Source: Lenisia limosa (Eukaryota > Protista > Breviatea). Taken from it: a stretch of 50,955 nt of DNA. Under the pieces are notes generated by a model. It made no database searches. It was not told where the DNA came from and worked only from the letters and a program-made list of their open reading frames with translations. The stretch is taken from contig LPNZ01008900.1 of NCBI GenBank assembly GCA_001655205.1, positions 1-50,955 on the forward strand. The letters run 5' to 3'. Both the position numbers and the translations under genes were made by a program. Positions 22,801-36,600 of this stretch are shown one piece after another (position 1 is the first letter of the stretch; each line of letters opens with the position of its first letter).

Positions 22801-25083
22801 TTGGCCACGCTTATTTTCCAGGACCATATTGCGCCTGCCAAAATTCCACTTCGTCGCAACTTCGACCGCGACCCATCGCAATTCCAACAGGACTCCCCCC
22901 AAGAAGAAACGCCAAGCACCAGCTCTTTGGAGGAACAGTCCGAGGGCTTCAGTGACATTGGCACCTGCAGCACACTCCAGGACGAGTCTGATGGTGTTGA
23001 CGACATTCTGGACGAAATCCACAAAAGAACTTTGGAATTATTTCAAAATGGCTTCAATGATTCTGATGGTGAAACTGAAGAAACGCTTTCGCTGCTTGAT
23101 GAAAACTTAGACGCGTCGGTTTTGACTTCATCAGACGCAGTTGAAGAGCGAACTACTTCCACTCTCTTGAATGAAGAAGGTAACACATTCCTTGACTCTT
23201 ATACTTGCTTAGACGAAATCTTATCAGTAACAACCGTAAACTCCGAGCTTTTTGAGCAGGTGTTGCGAGAGGAACGCGAAAAGAAAATGAGAAAGGCTCA
23301 GAAAGCCCTCGTCCCGACTCCCTCTGGTAAGCAGCGTTTTTACAACTTACCATGTAGAAAGCTCCTATGAGGAAGCCACTGAGCTGCCGAAAAGCCTATT
23401 TGTCGACTCACTGTGCGAAAAACAATACTGTCACCCTTATCCACAATCCAAAGACACTTCACAGTCCTCCAATGAGTCTGAATTCCTCATCCCCAAGCAA
23501 ACTCCTCCTTCAGAATCAGGCGCTTCTGTCCATATCCTACCAGATCCTAGCAAGCCAGCTCCACCACGAGAACTTGAGCCACTTGCTGACATCCCTTTAC
23601 AAACACAGCTCACATCTCCATACATTCCTTCTCACCAGACACAGACCACCAAGCCAACGCAGGTGTCACCGTTCACTGCCAAAAAAGACCCTTTTCAGCT
23701 TTCACAAAGCGTGGTGTCAAGCGTTATCTCTCTAAAAAACAAGCAAAATCAGGTTCAAATTCAAATGGACCCTTTCAACCAATCAAGAATACAGATTTCA
23801 CCAAAGGGCAGAATTACTGTTCAGAATGGCAAACCTCAAGCTCCGAAGCATACTCCTTCGTTTTCCAACCCCAGCCCCAGCCTTAACGACCTTCTAAGTA
23901 CGGCGGAAAAGGTCACACCTGCACCGTCACCAGCCACACCATTCTCCTCCGCGCCAGCAAAAAAAGAAGAGGCAACTAAGACTCCAGAACCTCGTAGGTC
24001 CACCATTGCTAAACGCTTTAGCCCATATCCCTGGTGGCAAAATTCCCAGGAATATCCTGTCAGGTGTTGTTGACGACAGTCCTCAAACAGTGGAATTCCT
24101 CCAGACTCTGATTCAGCTCTACTCCGAAAAGAATAAGGTTGTCTTGATAAGGTTATCATAGTTTAGCTGTCGGATAATAACATGAACGCAATCAGTAACT
24201 GTATGTCTGAATGGACTCGTGCCAAATGGTCAAAGCCGGAGTATCGTTACTCAAAAAGTGGGGAGTTTCGTCGCAGTTCACAGTATAGGCCAACTCAGTC
24301 CCACTTTATGGGTGGCTACTCTCCTGATCCGCGCGCCTGGTATGTTAAGCCACAGTCTACAGTCTTACTGTTAAGGGGCTAAAAAGGCCAATGAAGAGTG
24401 CAAGGGGGAGCCAAGTCATGGCGCAAGGTGTGTGTTGAAAGAAGCAACATCTGATACGATTATTGGTCTTCATTACGGCATGATTGTTCAGATGGTGGGT
24501 GACTGAAAATCCGCATCCTATTCTCAATGTCAAGTCTGCTGCCAATACCAGTAAATCTGAGGCTAAAAATGTTGTTTGTGCTGTAAGTTCCACTGTTATG
24601 GTTCCTGTTTATTCCCAAGGTTGCTCTCGTTGCCAATATCGCTCTGTTCCCCCTAAACTCACAGCAGGTTTGTTACAATACCTTTTTTCACTTTAGATAC
24701 CACCGCTGCAGAAAGATGTTCCAACACCATCAGCTTCAGTATGTTGGATTTTCATTTTACATTGTAGCCTCCTATTAAAGATGCCCCAATGATATTTGGA
24801 GTGAAACCTGCTTTGGAAAACCCCCAGGTTAACTGTTATTCTAATAACCAGACAAAATTTAATGAATTGAAACAAAAGTACCCCCATCTTTCTATTGCGC
24901 TTTCTCTTGATTCAGGTTAGCAATTTCTGCGGTTACAGTTTAGGATCACAGGCTACCAAAGCCTCCGCTTGTTTCATGTCACCAACCCCGTTCCAGTACC
25001 CATTTGACCCATTAATCTTCTCAAATGGAAAAACGGTGCATCAAACGGTACATGAGATTCTCTTTTACTTTATAGAAACATGA
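19881..25083 (+). CDS. RIG-I/Dicer-class (SF2 DExH) RNA helicase with a long disordered linker and one or two putative C-terminal dsRNA-binding domains; no RNase III
   Basis: Q motif LREHQ; Walker A DTGTGKT (19956-19976); DEIH (20518-20529); motif III PQLIGFTATP; motif IV ILVIVQQKEMV; GQSIGGQKEALSSLK; motif V RLMVATAIGAEGVD; motif VI FNQ/TIGRVR. C-terminal segments NAISNCMSEWTRAKWSKPEYRY...SKSEAKNVVCAVAL and ENPQTKFNELKQKY are dsRBD-like. Confidence 0.85.
21425..21500. repeat. TA-rich low-complexity tract in a helicase intron
   Basis: catatagattatatatactatttgtataatatatgtatatatattatactatatagctatatgatatac. Confidence 0.75.
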
Positions 25084-25235
25084 TGACAAGTATCTGATCA
25101 CTTTTATGTCTGGACCCATGAAAAGTAAAAAAATGGCAAAAACCCATGTCTGCCAAGCCTTGATCGACTTTGTTGCTAAATACATGGAAATATCATAAAC
25201 AAGGCTCGTTAACACCTTCGCTCCTGTTCATTTAG

Positions 25236-26550
25236 TTACTTTCTGGCTTTGGCTCGCTTCGAATGCTGTTCTTCTTTTACCCGTTTCTTTGCTGTGTTGA
25301 CCATTTCTACGGACTTATTGTAGATGGAATCCCAGTCAGTGTAGCCTATGATCGTAAATAACCAAAGAACCAACCCTTTTCTTGCGCATCCTGTTCCTTT
25401 ACGAAACAATTGATATCATGGGCCACCATCTAAAATGGTAAGGAAGGAAGAGTCTGACTTTCAACACTTGCGTGTTATCAAGCCCTGAGGCTTTGGTACA
25501 TTCCATACAATGGCTTGCTGCGGGAACAACAATCAATTTTTTGGAAACATTTATTTCCTAAACAGAATTACTCAAAATGTCATCAAACTTCAAAAATTGT
25601 CCGAATAGCACTATGATCCATCATTGAATCTCTTGAGCCAGTCAGCAAAACGACAGGCAAAATAGAGTCTAAAAGAGGCTGTCCTGGGAGGTTGGATGAG
25701 AAAAATAATGTGACATACTTCTAAGCTCCTTGGCACCAGGCGGTTTGAGGGGATAGTTCAACAACACTGTACACTGAAATCCATCATCACCTTAAGAGCT
25801 TACAAGGAGTGGAGCAGCACCTCTGGGTGTTTCAGCGTCGAATTCATTTTTGGACTCATCATTAACCCCAATACTGTACATCTGACATGCCCTTCCGCCC
25901 ATACTACAAAGGTAAACTGAAGAACCTTCATACCTCTGTCCAGCTAATACAACCGCTTTACAAGGGTACTTTCCACTTTGACTCAAAAGTGCATGTCCTT
26001 GTTGAATATCTTTCTAAACAATCACATTATTGCAATTCTACCATAAGCGCAGGCATTCTTGCAGGAGGTTGCTTTGGTCCCTTGTTTCTGTAGGCTAACA
26101 GGTAAGATACTCACAAAACACTCACCAAAGTTCATCCTAATGACAAGGTATCCAAGGTCGCATAAGTTCTGACTTAGTTTCACAAAACGGTCCTGTTCAT
26201 AATTGCCTCCAGCACTACAATTTATCACACACTTCTAGACTACTGGCAACAAAGACAGGTTTGAAGTGGTTTGGAAATCCGACATGGCCCTCAGCCGGAC
26301 CCTTACCGAGATCTTAATTTATTACAGTGAAGTGACCCACAGACCCATGAGTTAAGAGTACACCAATCGTATTTTCATCGTAGTTGCTAGGAACAGACTC
26401 GTGGAAGACCAAGGCTGCGTCTGTATCTAGCAGATTATATCATCAAATTCAGACTGTATCCCTCCTTTGGTTAACATTTTTATACTAATTCTAAGTGTGG
26501 ATATATAAGCACCCACCCTTAGTTCCAGACTTTTTCTTAGTCTGTGGCAT
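25236..26550 (-). CDS. TEX30-like (KANSL3-type) alpha/beta hydrolase
   Basis: Spliced IGVLLTHG/AGGNYEQDRFVKLSQNLCDLGYLVIRMNF...AVVLAGQ/SMGGRA (nucleophile elbow GxSxG)...LLNYPLKPPGAKELR, matching the recalled TEX30 pattern LTHGASG...GGRSMGSR...ISYPLH. TAA at 25236-25238; start tentative. Confidence 0.75.
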
Positions 26551-26858
26551 GCTGAGAATGCGTGGAGGGGGGTGCTCTCTGCTCCTGATTAAAAGACTTT
26601 CTCCACCTTCTCTAGTTATCAAATACTACAATACTACTATGTTAAATTTTGGCCAAAAGAGGCGGGNNNNNNNNNNNNNNNNNNNNNNNNNNNNNNNNNN
26701 NNNNNNNNNNNNNNNNNNNNNNNNNNNNNNNNNNNNNNNNNNNNNNNNNNNNNNNNNNNNNNNNNNNNNNNNNNNNNNNNNNNNNNNNNNACAACTGAGA
26801 CAGACTGAGAAAGAGAAATACAGAGATACACCTTGAAAATACAGAAATAGGCAAATCA

Positions 26859-29800
26859 ATGTCGTTGTGGTTGGAAGAGGAGGATGATACTCCGAGGGAG
26901 GCTGAATACGATGGCATTGATCTCGTCAAAAAGGTCCGTATTTCACCTGTCTCATTTGTAACACTCTTGGATAACAGACACAGATACTTCCAGCAGGATT
27001 TGGATCGGTTGCATTAGACGCGTCCGTTGACCTTGGAGTGGACACCTCACAACCTTCGTTGGCCGAACTCGCTGATAGGCCTCGTCCTTCCCCCGTCAGT
27101 GATTCTCAGGTTAGTTTGCTTCGTCATTTCACATCCAGGACAACCTTGAAACAAGCCATTCCGATTTGTTGGAAAACAATTGCATTTCTGGTTAGTAGGC
27201 GTGTCAATTGACAGTATAGGTTCAAGTCAATCTCCAACTGTTTTGGGATCGTCTTATCTTGGCTACCTTCTCCCTCAAAGTAGTAGTAGGCTGTCTTGAA
27301 TTATTGACAGTTAGAAGGGAAACATGAGCAAGTGTTTATTACTGAACCAGCACATGCACCGGAACATGTTGAAAGCAGTTTAGAAGTTTGGTGTTTATGG
27401 AGTTAACTCTTCTTAGAATTTAACTTATTTTGCTTATGACTTACCCCCTGTTGAACTAAAGATCGCGCAAACACTAAGTAGGCCAGATTGATGAATTGGT
27501 AACGGTTCAGACAAAATAATTACAACAATTCTGCGGCTTCCCAAAGATGATAGGCCAGTTGTTGTTCCATTTCTAAAGAGAAAAGATAGCTTGTCGTTAA
27601 TTGAAGCCCTTGCATGGCTCTGCTTTGTCATCCTGTTCCAAGACCATGATACAGTCTCCCGGGAGTCTCTGAGTGGGTGCTTCCTGGTTTCTTGTTCGTA
27701 TACTTCATAATATTGACTACTTGTGGCATGCTACGTTAATGACCTGATCCACAGCTGACGCCGTGGCTGCCTTGTATTTCCCCCTGCTCCAAACAATACC
27801 ACGAGAAACAAAGGATGCAATTTTAAATGTTGGCGTGATGTACATTCAGCATGTCTATGGTAGTTTTACATTCCAGGTTTACCCTTACGCGTGTGCTGAA
27901 GTTATATTCCGCTGCTTCAGTACAACTTTTTTGGATTCAATTGTCCCTTTTAATTCAGTTTTTGCTCTTCATGTAAGACCCCAGTCAATGTTCACAATTC
28001 TAGATTTATCGTGTGGTTGTTTTAGTTTTGACTGGCTTTGTTGTGAATGACACAGCGTTGGCTGCATGTAGAGCAAAGTTCTTTCCAAAGCAGAAAGGCA
28101 ACCCAATGGATAACGTCAGTGGGGTGTTACGGAGTTTTTCAAATTTGCTGTGACAATGAATCCGGGGTGCACAGTGAAACCCTCGTTCTCATGCAGCAGA
28201 CTCCAAAAAACGCAGCTTATGCTGTAAGGGCGTTAGTCCGGAAAGGAACCGAGGAGGCACGTAGAGAAGGTAAACACTCTGGGTGTGAATGTGGGGTTCA
28301 CAAGAAAGTAACACGCGGAACTTTGAGTCTTTTGCTTAACAATTAGAGGCAAGAAGATCATTGTCTCGAATGTCAAAATCAGTAGCCTTTGCATCACAAC
28401 ACATCCTTTCAACAATGGTTTGTGGGCTGTTCTTTGGTTTATTCTATAGAATCAGACTCAACCGTTACTGGAGGGCTGCATCAGTCATGAGCAGGACATT
28501 TCTCTTTTAGAAGGTTGGAATAGACCCAGGTTTGTTACTTTTGTTCAGCATTGAAAAGCATGGATGAAGATGAGAGGGAAGAGGCGCAAGTTGATGCTGA
28601 TATGGCAAGCACTCTTTTAGCTACCGTCAAAATGCCTGAGGTACGGGACTGGCAGTTACATGATGCTTTCAATAAAGCCATTAACTTTACTCTGATATTG
28701 AAATAGTAGAGCTGAGTAACTCTCTAGGTCTTTGGCACTCGGCAATCGAAAGGTTCTCTCCCCCTACATATTGTTCCAAAACAAGCCGTTGCTAGGGTTA
28801 TTCTAAAAGACGACACTGAGACTGAAAAATGTTTGTGTTACGAGTTTTTTTTCATGATTATTCAGTACCCGAAACTCTAGGTGCTAGGAGATTGCGTGTT
28901 AATGTCAACTCTGTGTCACCTCTTGTCCGAAGAATGACCGATGATGCGGTTGGTGTGACTTGTGAATCACCTTAGCTTGATGTTTCAGGTTGGATCTTTA
29001 CGCCAAGCTGCTTACCTCAAAATTACCAACCCCCCAACATCGCCTAAGAAGCCTGAAAGTCAGCCCTCACCGTGATAGCAGTCCACTTCTCTGACACTTA
29101 TAGAAGTAACAACTTTGTCCCAAATAGGAACAGCCCAAACTAGAGTTGCCAAAATTGCGCCGGGTAAGCCTACTTATCAAGTCCACCTCAACAAATTTTG
29201 TCTGTTGTCTCCTTTGCAATTCATGGACATTTTTGCATCTCAATTCTTATCTCTAGGCCTCTCGGATCTCAGAAAACAGCAGGAAGACATGACTAGAGGT
29301 AGGCACACCACTAGGTAGCTAAGGTTTTAGAATACTACGAAATGCGAACGGAAGTGGAAAACGATATCAAATTACTCAAGAAGAACCTTGTAAGTTGTTA
29401 GCGGTATTGACCATGCAGAAAACGGATCTGGTCAGTGTGGAGACAATGCATGATCGTGTCATTAACAGCTCGGACGAATCTATAACCCAATTTTGCCTGT
29501 CTACTATTCAAGGAGACGTAAGAGTGAGGAATATTGTGACTTGTTAGACCGACGAAAGACCTAAACGCAACCTTCGCTATGTCTCTGGAAGAACTCTCAG
29601 AAAAGATGATTGTAAGGAAAATAATGAGTCTCATCGACTATATTTTAGATTACCACAGCAACCCAAAGGACGTGATAGAGATATCAGCACCTCGGCTTAC
29701 TGAGAGGAATATGCATAGGTAGGATATTCACTATCTTATTCTTCAGTATTCTGGTGGACTTTTCAACGATGACAGTCCGGGCGAACCGAAAAGAAAAGCA

Positions 29801-30412
29801 AATCAACATGCGTAGTAGCCTCACGCGCTCCAAAGCACAGACAGATTCTGAGCGAATAGCAAAAGAGGTCTGTGTCAATGCCGCATTTATAGTGTCTTGC
29901 CACCTGACCATGAAGGATCGAAGGAAACGAGAAAGCAAAGAGTCGGAACGAAGTCGTCCGGCCTGGAGGGCTGCAGGCTCGTCAAACTCAATACTGCGCG
30001 TCAACGCAATGAAAGAGCGCGAGGCAAGGAATAAACTGTTGGCTGACCGTTCTTTACCGCTCTTCTCAAAGAAAGACGAGGATGAGGTTATGTGTATTGA
30101 AGAGCTGGTGCCTCTGGCCACTACCAAAGGTTTGACGAGGAGTTGTTTAACAGACTAGATCGACACACAAGCAGAGCTGAGCCGTGGAGGCCGAAAGCTA
30201 CTGGGAGGCGAACTCGATTCACGTTGGTTTTTTTCTAGTTCTCTTTTTCTTCATTTCTCTGCTGATGATGCAGGAAAGAAGACAGCTCCGTGGCAATTCT
30301 GTCCCCTTCAGATTTCTCTTTTCTTTCCGAGAGTAAACACCGTGCACGTATGGCCACTGCGTCTGCGTCATTGAGCGTGGCTTCTACAAACGTAGGCTTT
30401 TCGTTGTCGTAA
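26859..30412 (+). CDS. FAM227-like (FWWh domain) protein with a long low-complexity C-terminus
   Basis: SLSLIEALAWLCFVILFQDHD...AVAALYFPLLQTIPRETKDAILN/VYPYACAEVIFRCFSTTF resembles the recalled FWWh core (DSFWWWFLHKF...[31 protein letters not shown]). Many GT-AG introns; probable TAA at 30410-30412. Confidence 0.6.
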
Positions 30413-30629
30413 CGGTTGTAGCTTGGAAAGAAAGCTCGACAACAGAAGAACTCTCTTGCCCCCTAGCTCCCAAGCTGACAAGGAATTGATACAAATCACT
30501 TTGAAAACACTTTGGCAATAACATAATATTATCATAATAATATCAATAAAACGAAGAAAAAGGGATCTCAGCCTCCTTTAATAAATATTCCAATATACCA
30601 GAACTTCAATCATTGGTCATAATCATTTC

Positions 30630-33600
30630 CTAGAAATGTGAGACAACATCACAAACAATTGCCAGTACCTCTTGTCGTTGGAAAGCCTTTTTTCGAAGAG
30701 CTGCGTAGTCTTTATCTTCCTGGGCATCAGCAGCGGAAGATACGCTTCCGGGGGGAGGGGAGTCTCTGAAGTGGTAACTTGAGGCATCGGACATGACACT
30801 CATCATGTCCGGATTGAGGGTCTCAAAAGTCCTTTGTCTCTGGCAATGCTTGCAATGTCGTGGTGAGATATTCTGTGGAAGATAGGGCCAGGTTTCCTCA
30901 TCTGAGAAGCCTAGGGAAATGAGGCCATACTGGTGCTTACCCTTTGGTGTTGACGGTGACCAGGATTCCGACATAATCGGCATCGTTTTCTCCCTCCTTG
31001 ATTGTTAGTTTGACCATATTACGCTTACATTAGTGTTAACCTCTCAGGCTTTCGTTCTGAAAAAGCGCCTTTTTCAATCATCTAAAAAAATAAATCATTA
31101 ATGCCCAAACCTCTACAGTTTTTTCTTTGCTTTGAATGATCTCCCTATTTTGCTGTACAAGTACAACCGCGACGTAGACCAAATTAATGACAATGATAAT
31201 GATGATGAGGGAAATACACACAACCAAGGCCAGGCCTGTCAGCGAATCGTAGAAGAGCTGAGTGGTTAGAGAACTTCACCTTCGATCGGTCCCAACGAAC
31301 CACTCCGAACACAAGCGTGAGAAGACACGAGAAGAGAGTCCAGGATTCAAGGCGATTCAGAGAGGGTGCACGGTAAGGCCGTTGAAGGGTGTGGATGTAG
31401 AGGCTCACGAGGAAGACTATGAGAATGGAAGAGGCAAGAAGAAGAGGACGACTGGAGGGTGAGGGGCCAAAACATCTTACGAGTCGACAAAGGTGAGGCA
31501 CATGACGAATGAGACGGACCGAAGCATCACGACCAGCTCCCACATGTACAGCTTCTCCTGGAACCGCGTGTATAAGAAACCGTACCTAAATGGCACGTAA
31601 ATTGTTATCGATAACTCATACAATTGAATAGAATACAATACAAATAGATAAGAGCATTTCTTCAAAACAAACCTTGCAAGAGACTGTTTGGAATTCAGAT
31701 CCGCCTTCTTGGCTTTCCGCAAGCACACAAAAGTTACAAAAGGAATCCCCAGAACAAACACGACCATCGCCGCAATGGCTAGTGGGAGGTTGGTCAAATG
31801 GTCATCTTCATAGCAAAGAAGGTACGGCGCTGAGAATCAGAAATGAGATGACCTGTATTGTTCCTACCTGCATCTAGGGTGAGTGACCCATCATTCTGCA
31901 TGGTACAATCAAAGTACTCTAAAATGAAGCCTGAGAAAGGGATGTACATTAGAACGAAGGAGAAGAGCATTGTTGAGACGAGCGCATGCCTGTCGGATTA
32001 GAAGTCAAGAAGGTTGACAAACTTGAGATCGATTTTAAAAAGTTTTAGTGTATTGACAAGGAGTCGCGCCTGGTCACATCGCATTACATCGTCGCTATTG
32101 ACAGTCTAGAAGATGACCATTGCGTCATCTAACAAACCGGTTTCCCTGTTACAACAAATGAGCCTTTGGTATCGACTTGCTTCGGGATGAGGTTTGTTGA
32201 AGATGACGTCATATGGAGCTAAAGCGTGACCAAAGAATACAACAAGGTAGCAAGGGAAATGCAACCGTTCCCACTTGAGGTAAGGAATCACTTTCAGGAG
32301 ACTCGGTCATTCCATGTTCCACTGTGAATGCTTCTAGTGTTGTGACTACAAACGATAAACAAACTCTCAGGGATGATACTTGAAGGTTTGCCACATTTTG
32401 CAGGAAAGGGGCATAGGTGTCTACTGGGTAATGTGCCGATTAAGACTAACTTTTTTAGACGGGACTTATATTTCAGAAATTCAAAGACCCAAATACTACA
32501 ATAAGCCATGAGAACAATTAAGATCAACATAAGCGGCAATAACAGCTTGAATTTGAACATCGTATAGAACCCCAATTGTGCTTGAGCGGAACATTCAGGA
32601 GCTGCAATATCGGCTACACTCGTTAAACCGTTCCGCCTAAGGCACAACCCACGATTCAAAATGGTTAGTGAAAGAAGATTGAACGCAGATGTCACCTCAG
32701 ATGGCCATTTCATCTCAATTTCAGTAAAGAGTGATGTCAACTAACAAGTGAGAAGAACGACTACAGCCAGCAACACACCTGAATGTATAGGATGCCAATT
32801 CTCAGTGCATCCCATCGGTTTTGTAGAGCCGGACGGAAGAGGAAAACGAACAAGAGCAACACAGCGAATATCAAGAGAATTCCAACGATGAAGAGGGCAA
32901 CCTGCCTGTAAAATGACCTGGTGCCCTACCCTTGACACAGAATTACACTCGACGCATTCAGTACCAAACTGGTAGTATCCGCTTTGACAGGATGAGCAAA
33001 CAAAGTTTTCATGGCTAGAGGAATAAAACATGAATGTGACACTACCCTTCTTTGCATTGTGAATCGCCGACACAGGCGTCCGGATTGGGGCATGGGATGA
33101 AAATGGCGTATTCCGTGTTGGACTTGTAGAAACCGTTCAATGCTGTTGGCGAGCTCTCGCCCCCCAAACATGAGGCTCCTTGAGGGCACTCCAGGCACTG
33201 AACAGATCAAATTACTTTCTAAGAACCGTTCTGAGACGAATTGCCAGCTCAGAGCAAAAAGATGAAACTCCCTCCAACCTCTGTGCCATTTCCTGGTTTT
33301 TCCCCTTCAGGCAAGTAGAATTCAGGCAGACATTCGCACATCTCCGGTGCGGAAGATCCCTCATCAGCAGTTGTCATTGACTCCTAGAGAGTAAGCCCCA
33401 AGCACAAGGACCTACATGGCAAGCCACACAGGGCGATAGGTCGTAGTCAACAGAGTATTTGCCCGGAATGCAAGGGTTGCACTGTCCACCAGCTCCATTG
33501 CTCGCAAACTGTGTACCTGTATTGTCAACTTTGTAGCACAACAAACCAGGTTCACAGTAGCAGGCTAAGTCACTTGGGTTGTTGACGTCTTTGCTGAAGC

Positions 33601-36600
33601 CGAACTGGGAATGATGAAGAGGAGGGAACAAACCGAGCAGGTACAATTGATGGGGGAGATAGAACCTTCATTCAATGTTGTTACTCTCACGCCGGGGCAC
33701 GCTTTGCATGATGACTGTGGCAGTCAGGTCAAGATGCAACAATAAGAATCACGGTGATTTGGGCTGGTCAAATGGGGACCCTTTGAAACAAAAAAAAAAC
33801 AGTTTGTTTTTTAGTTTTTATTTCAGGTAAAGCTGAAGGACAAGAATGTTGGAGCAGTGAATAATCAACCTAATGAAGCTCACCTTGTCAGCAGCCTCCT
33901 TATAAGTACCCAGCGCACACGGTGTGCACACTCCAAGAGAAACGTCCTTTTCAAATCCAGCCACACAGCTGCAGGTCTAGAAAGATGACCATCATGATGG
34001 CACTAACAGAAGAAAGATCGTGGGATGGGTTAGTCGAATTCGCAATGCAAGGCTCGCACTTTCCATTGAGCAGTTGGAAGTCTAAAGATGAATCTGAACG
34101 TGAACGGCCTACCTAGTGGACAAACACATCGATCAGACGACGTGATGTTGGGATTGCTGACAAAAGACTCAGCACACACACAATCATCCAACGACACCGA
34201 CTGATTAAAAGCGGTGGTCATGTGCTGAGGACACTCGGTACAACTCTCAAGGCCAACTTCGGCTGAACTATGAGGCAAAAAAGCGTGCGCCTACGTTTGA
34301 AGAAGCCCTTAGAACAAGGCAGACACAGGCTATCCAGAACACTGTAAGAAAAGCCTTGGTTGCAAAGACAATCACTGTCCACACTCGAGTTTGACTGCTG
34401 TGTTACACAAGTCACATTCAAATGTATTGAGAAGGAGTACCACTTCAAAATTTTTCAGAAAATCCCCATCCCTCCTACATAAACAGAATTTTTAAGCATA
34501 ATATCGCAGGGGGCTGCAAGAATAGGGCCCTAAAGAGTCAGCCGAAACGCACTGGCCTTACAATTGTGATGTCACAGTCAATATCCGAGGAAGCGAACGT
34601 GACGAAGTACTCAATGAACTGCCATCCTTCAAACTAGACGATAAGCAGTACGGAAGAAACTGAACCTGCATTGATTCAAAGACAATCGTCCCATTTTCAT
34701 TCGAAGTCGCCACATCACCAGATACTCTGAACCTTGAGAAACCGACGAGTAATGTGAAACCAAAGGCTACTGCAGACCTTCTTGGCGTAGGCCACACGAC
34801 CGCACGCACTACACTGTCAGCATGAGGCCATGAAATGTTCGCGGGCCGGGTCATGACCTGCAACGTGGGTGGCGGTTCCAAGCTGACTGAGGCCAGCGTC
34901 ACGTTTGCGACTGGCCCGGATAACTCGGCGTAATAGTCGCCAAGATAGTCAAACTGAGACAACGGCTTCGGGTCAATCTAGAGCAAATTATGGACGTCAC
35001 GTGACATACATGAGGAAGCAGGCGAACTGAGAAGTCCACCGTGTTTGGAATGCTACTGATGGGAATGTTGCAAGAAAAGACCTACACGTGAGAATGGAAG
35101 GAAGATTGTTGCCCTACCAAGTTGGTAATAAAGGTTGCTGCTTCTTCAATGCCTCCAAAGACACACCGCACTGATGGCATTTCAACAACGTTTTCGGCTA
35201 CAACAATCTAAAAAGTGTCAAAGAGGAAGGAGCGTCAAACAATGGTAGTTTCGGGGTTGATAATGGATGTTGTCCAAGGAGCCAGAGCAATTAGATTAAC
35301 TGGACTGAGGAACCGGAGAGGCTCAGGGTACAGTACTAGCATGTCTTTCTACAAAGTCAATCATTGGTTCAGCAGACATACCAAGAAAATTCCAGCATTT
35401 GAAATGGCAAGTTTGAACGTGCAAGATTCTTCACTAAATTCTGATTTAACAACAAAAGATCCGTGTGTTTCGTTGTACTGTTCAATATGGATCTAAAGGG
35501 TTAATACACAGGACAACTAACAGGATCAGAATAGAAGCTGAAAGACGAGGCTTTCTTCATTCGAAATGAGAGTTTATCAGAAAAAACAGCATTTTGAAGT
35601 TTGATAAGGACCTAGAACGTGAAAAATGCCACCATCACAGTACCGTGTCACCAATCACCCAGGTCGCAGGAGATACAGAAACGACCACCGGTGGCGCAGC
35701 CACAATGACTGTTAAATATTCGAGTTGTGTCAGTATCTTGTGACCATTTTGGTGGAGGGTCAAATTGTACTGGAGCGTCAGCATTGAAGTGAACTTACGA
35801 CTTGCTCATCAAGAGGCGGAACGGAGTGTTGGATGAGTTCCGACCGGTTACCGGAACAGGTATACTCATAAATGGACCGGAAAACTGAGTCCTTTGTCTA
35901 TAGTGTGAGCAAATCGGGAATATGTTGTGACTCAAAAAGTAAGGTAGAAGACATTCGCCAACCTGTATCTTCATATTGGTTTTGGTAAGGCTGGATTCTA
36001 CATACGGGTCCAGGTCTCCCGGTAACTAAACTGTTACCAAAACAGTTTGCTCACATTTTGGAAAGGAAATGAATATTTCAATACACTGTCAACAGAGATC
36101 TCAACGTAAGTGTTGGGAAATACTACATCACAGCTCGAAAAAATGCCCAACTAAAGAATGAGTCACAATGGGTTCCCCACATTAACGGTTTGAGTTTCTA
36201 GTGACAACGTCGTCATATTACTGAGAAACTCGATATCACCACGTTGGGGCACATCCAGTAAAGCAACCGCACCCCTTTCGGTGACTGACAACTGTCCAAT
36301 TACCGCAGTCGGAGCAATTCCAGTTCGCGGTGCAGGGACGAAGAAATCCGAAGAGGAAGACTGACTGTAAGACAATAATCATTGCATACCAATCCACTTT
36401 TGTTGATCATGCCAGAAATGACCCACTCATTATTTGCTCCGATCACATGCATTTGAGTTTTATCAACATAAACCTAAAGATAAGTCCATCAATAATAAAC
36501 CCAACATCCTTGACAAATGCAGGTAATCCATTGGGGACTGACCACTGCTCTTTCTTATGTCCGCAATAACCAGAAGACAAACATGTTGTCATCAAATGTC

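Noticed and set aside
19881-25083. Calling this gene Dicer
   Set aside because: No RNase III or PAZ signature was found in any frame before the convergent TEX30-like gene.
13839-26550. Four-gene defence island including the flanking SGNH and alpha/beta hydrolases
   Set aside because: TEX30-like and SGNH enzymes are common housekeeping families, and neighbours are tightly packed throughout the window, so nothing links them to the central pair.
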